From Leucoraja erinacea (lineage: Eukaryota): 64,000 nucleotides of DNA. The stretch covers positions 18,910,001 to 18,974,000 of the forward strand of contig NC_073396.1 of the NCBI RefSeq assembly GCF_028641065.1. The letters are read 5' to 3'. The position numbers were made by a program, and so were the translations under genes. Positions within the stretch are counted from its first letter, which is position 1. Every line of letters starts with the position of its first letter. A model generated the notes under the pieces. The model saw only the letters and a list, made by a program, of their open reading frames with translations. It ran no database searches and was not told the DNA's origin. Positions 63,326 to 64,000 of this stretch are shown piece by piece.

Positions 63326-64000
63326 CTGCCCGCCAGACAGAAGGAGAGACAGACAATGTGAGGCTGGTCCCCAAGAGCAGGGGGCCAGGTAAGGACCCGG
63401 CCAAGGTGTGTTCCTGTCCCTGTGCCCAGCCCCAGCCCCACCGAGGGGCTGCTCCGGCCCAGCCACATGGAGAAGGGGCAGCACCGGGACGCCAGCTACT
63501 GTGGGAGGAGAGCCAGCCCTCAACACCAGGTCTAGAGCACAGGCTGTGAACAGGCCTGGGCTCAAGCCCTCTCTCCCAGTCAATCATGTACACCATAGTG
63601 CAGCACAGGAACAGACCCTTCGGCGCACAATGTCTGCCGTACACGTCATGTTAGACTAATCTCCTCTGCCTGCACTTGACCCATATCCTGCCATCCCCTG
63701 CCTATCCTTGTACTTATCTAAATGCCTCTTAAATGCTACTATCGTATCGCCACCACCACCCCTGGCAGCACGTTCCAGGCACCCACCACCCAATGTAAAA
63801 ATATTGCCCCACGCAAATCCTTTAAACTTTCCCCTCTCACCTTAAAGCTAGTCATTGACATTTCCACCCTGGGACAAGGTTCTGACCGTCTACGATACCC
63901 ATGTCTCAATTTTATTAATTGCTGTCAGGTCTCTCCTCAACCTCTGGTGTTCCAGAGAAAACAAACTCTCAAAATAGCATAACTTTGTTGGTGGCAGAAA

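Noticed and set aside
62815-63549. 244-aa proline-rich ORF
   Set aside because: Translation of C homopolymers and a tandem repeat, antisense to a RAB11FIP3 exon.
1-64000. CRISPR arrays, operons or prokaryotic defence systems
   Set aside because: The sequence is intron-rich vertebrate DNA, and the tandem repeats lack unique regularly sized spacers.

Overview
Vertebrate (not prokaryotic) genomic DNA. The repeat landscape (HE1-type V-SINEs, HER1/CR1 LINEs, Rex-Babar fragments, Penelope-type terminal repeats) points to a cartilaginous fish, probably a skate or ray; this is inference. Splicing by hand with GT-AG boundaries and phase checks gives five recognisable genes: the last six coding exons of TEDC1 (+), a C8orf33/UPF0488 homologue (+), MCRIP2/FAM195A (-), complete CLUAP1/IFT38 (+, 12 exons, 413 aa) and the last seven exons of RAB11FIP3 (-). 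A sixth, unidentified two-exon gene (-) would encode a 139-aa single-pass membrane/coiled-coil protein. It lies head-to-head with CLUAP1 across a CpG-rich promoter carrying an RFX X-box and is the best novelty candidate. Mobile elements include a near-full-length dead CR1, a Tc1 derivative with ~315-bp inverted ends, a non-autonomous Helitron, a ~1-kb TIR element, and 36-40-bp palindromic micro-elements beside a hammerhead-like motif in the C8orf33 promoter. Gene and repeat names come from recalled motifs, not database searches.
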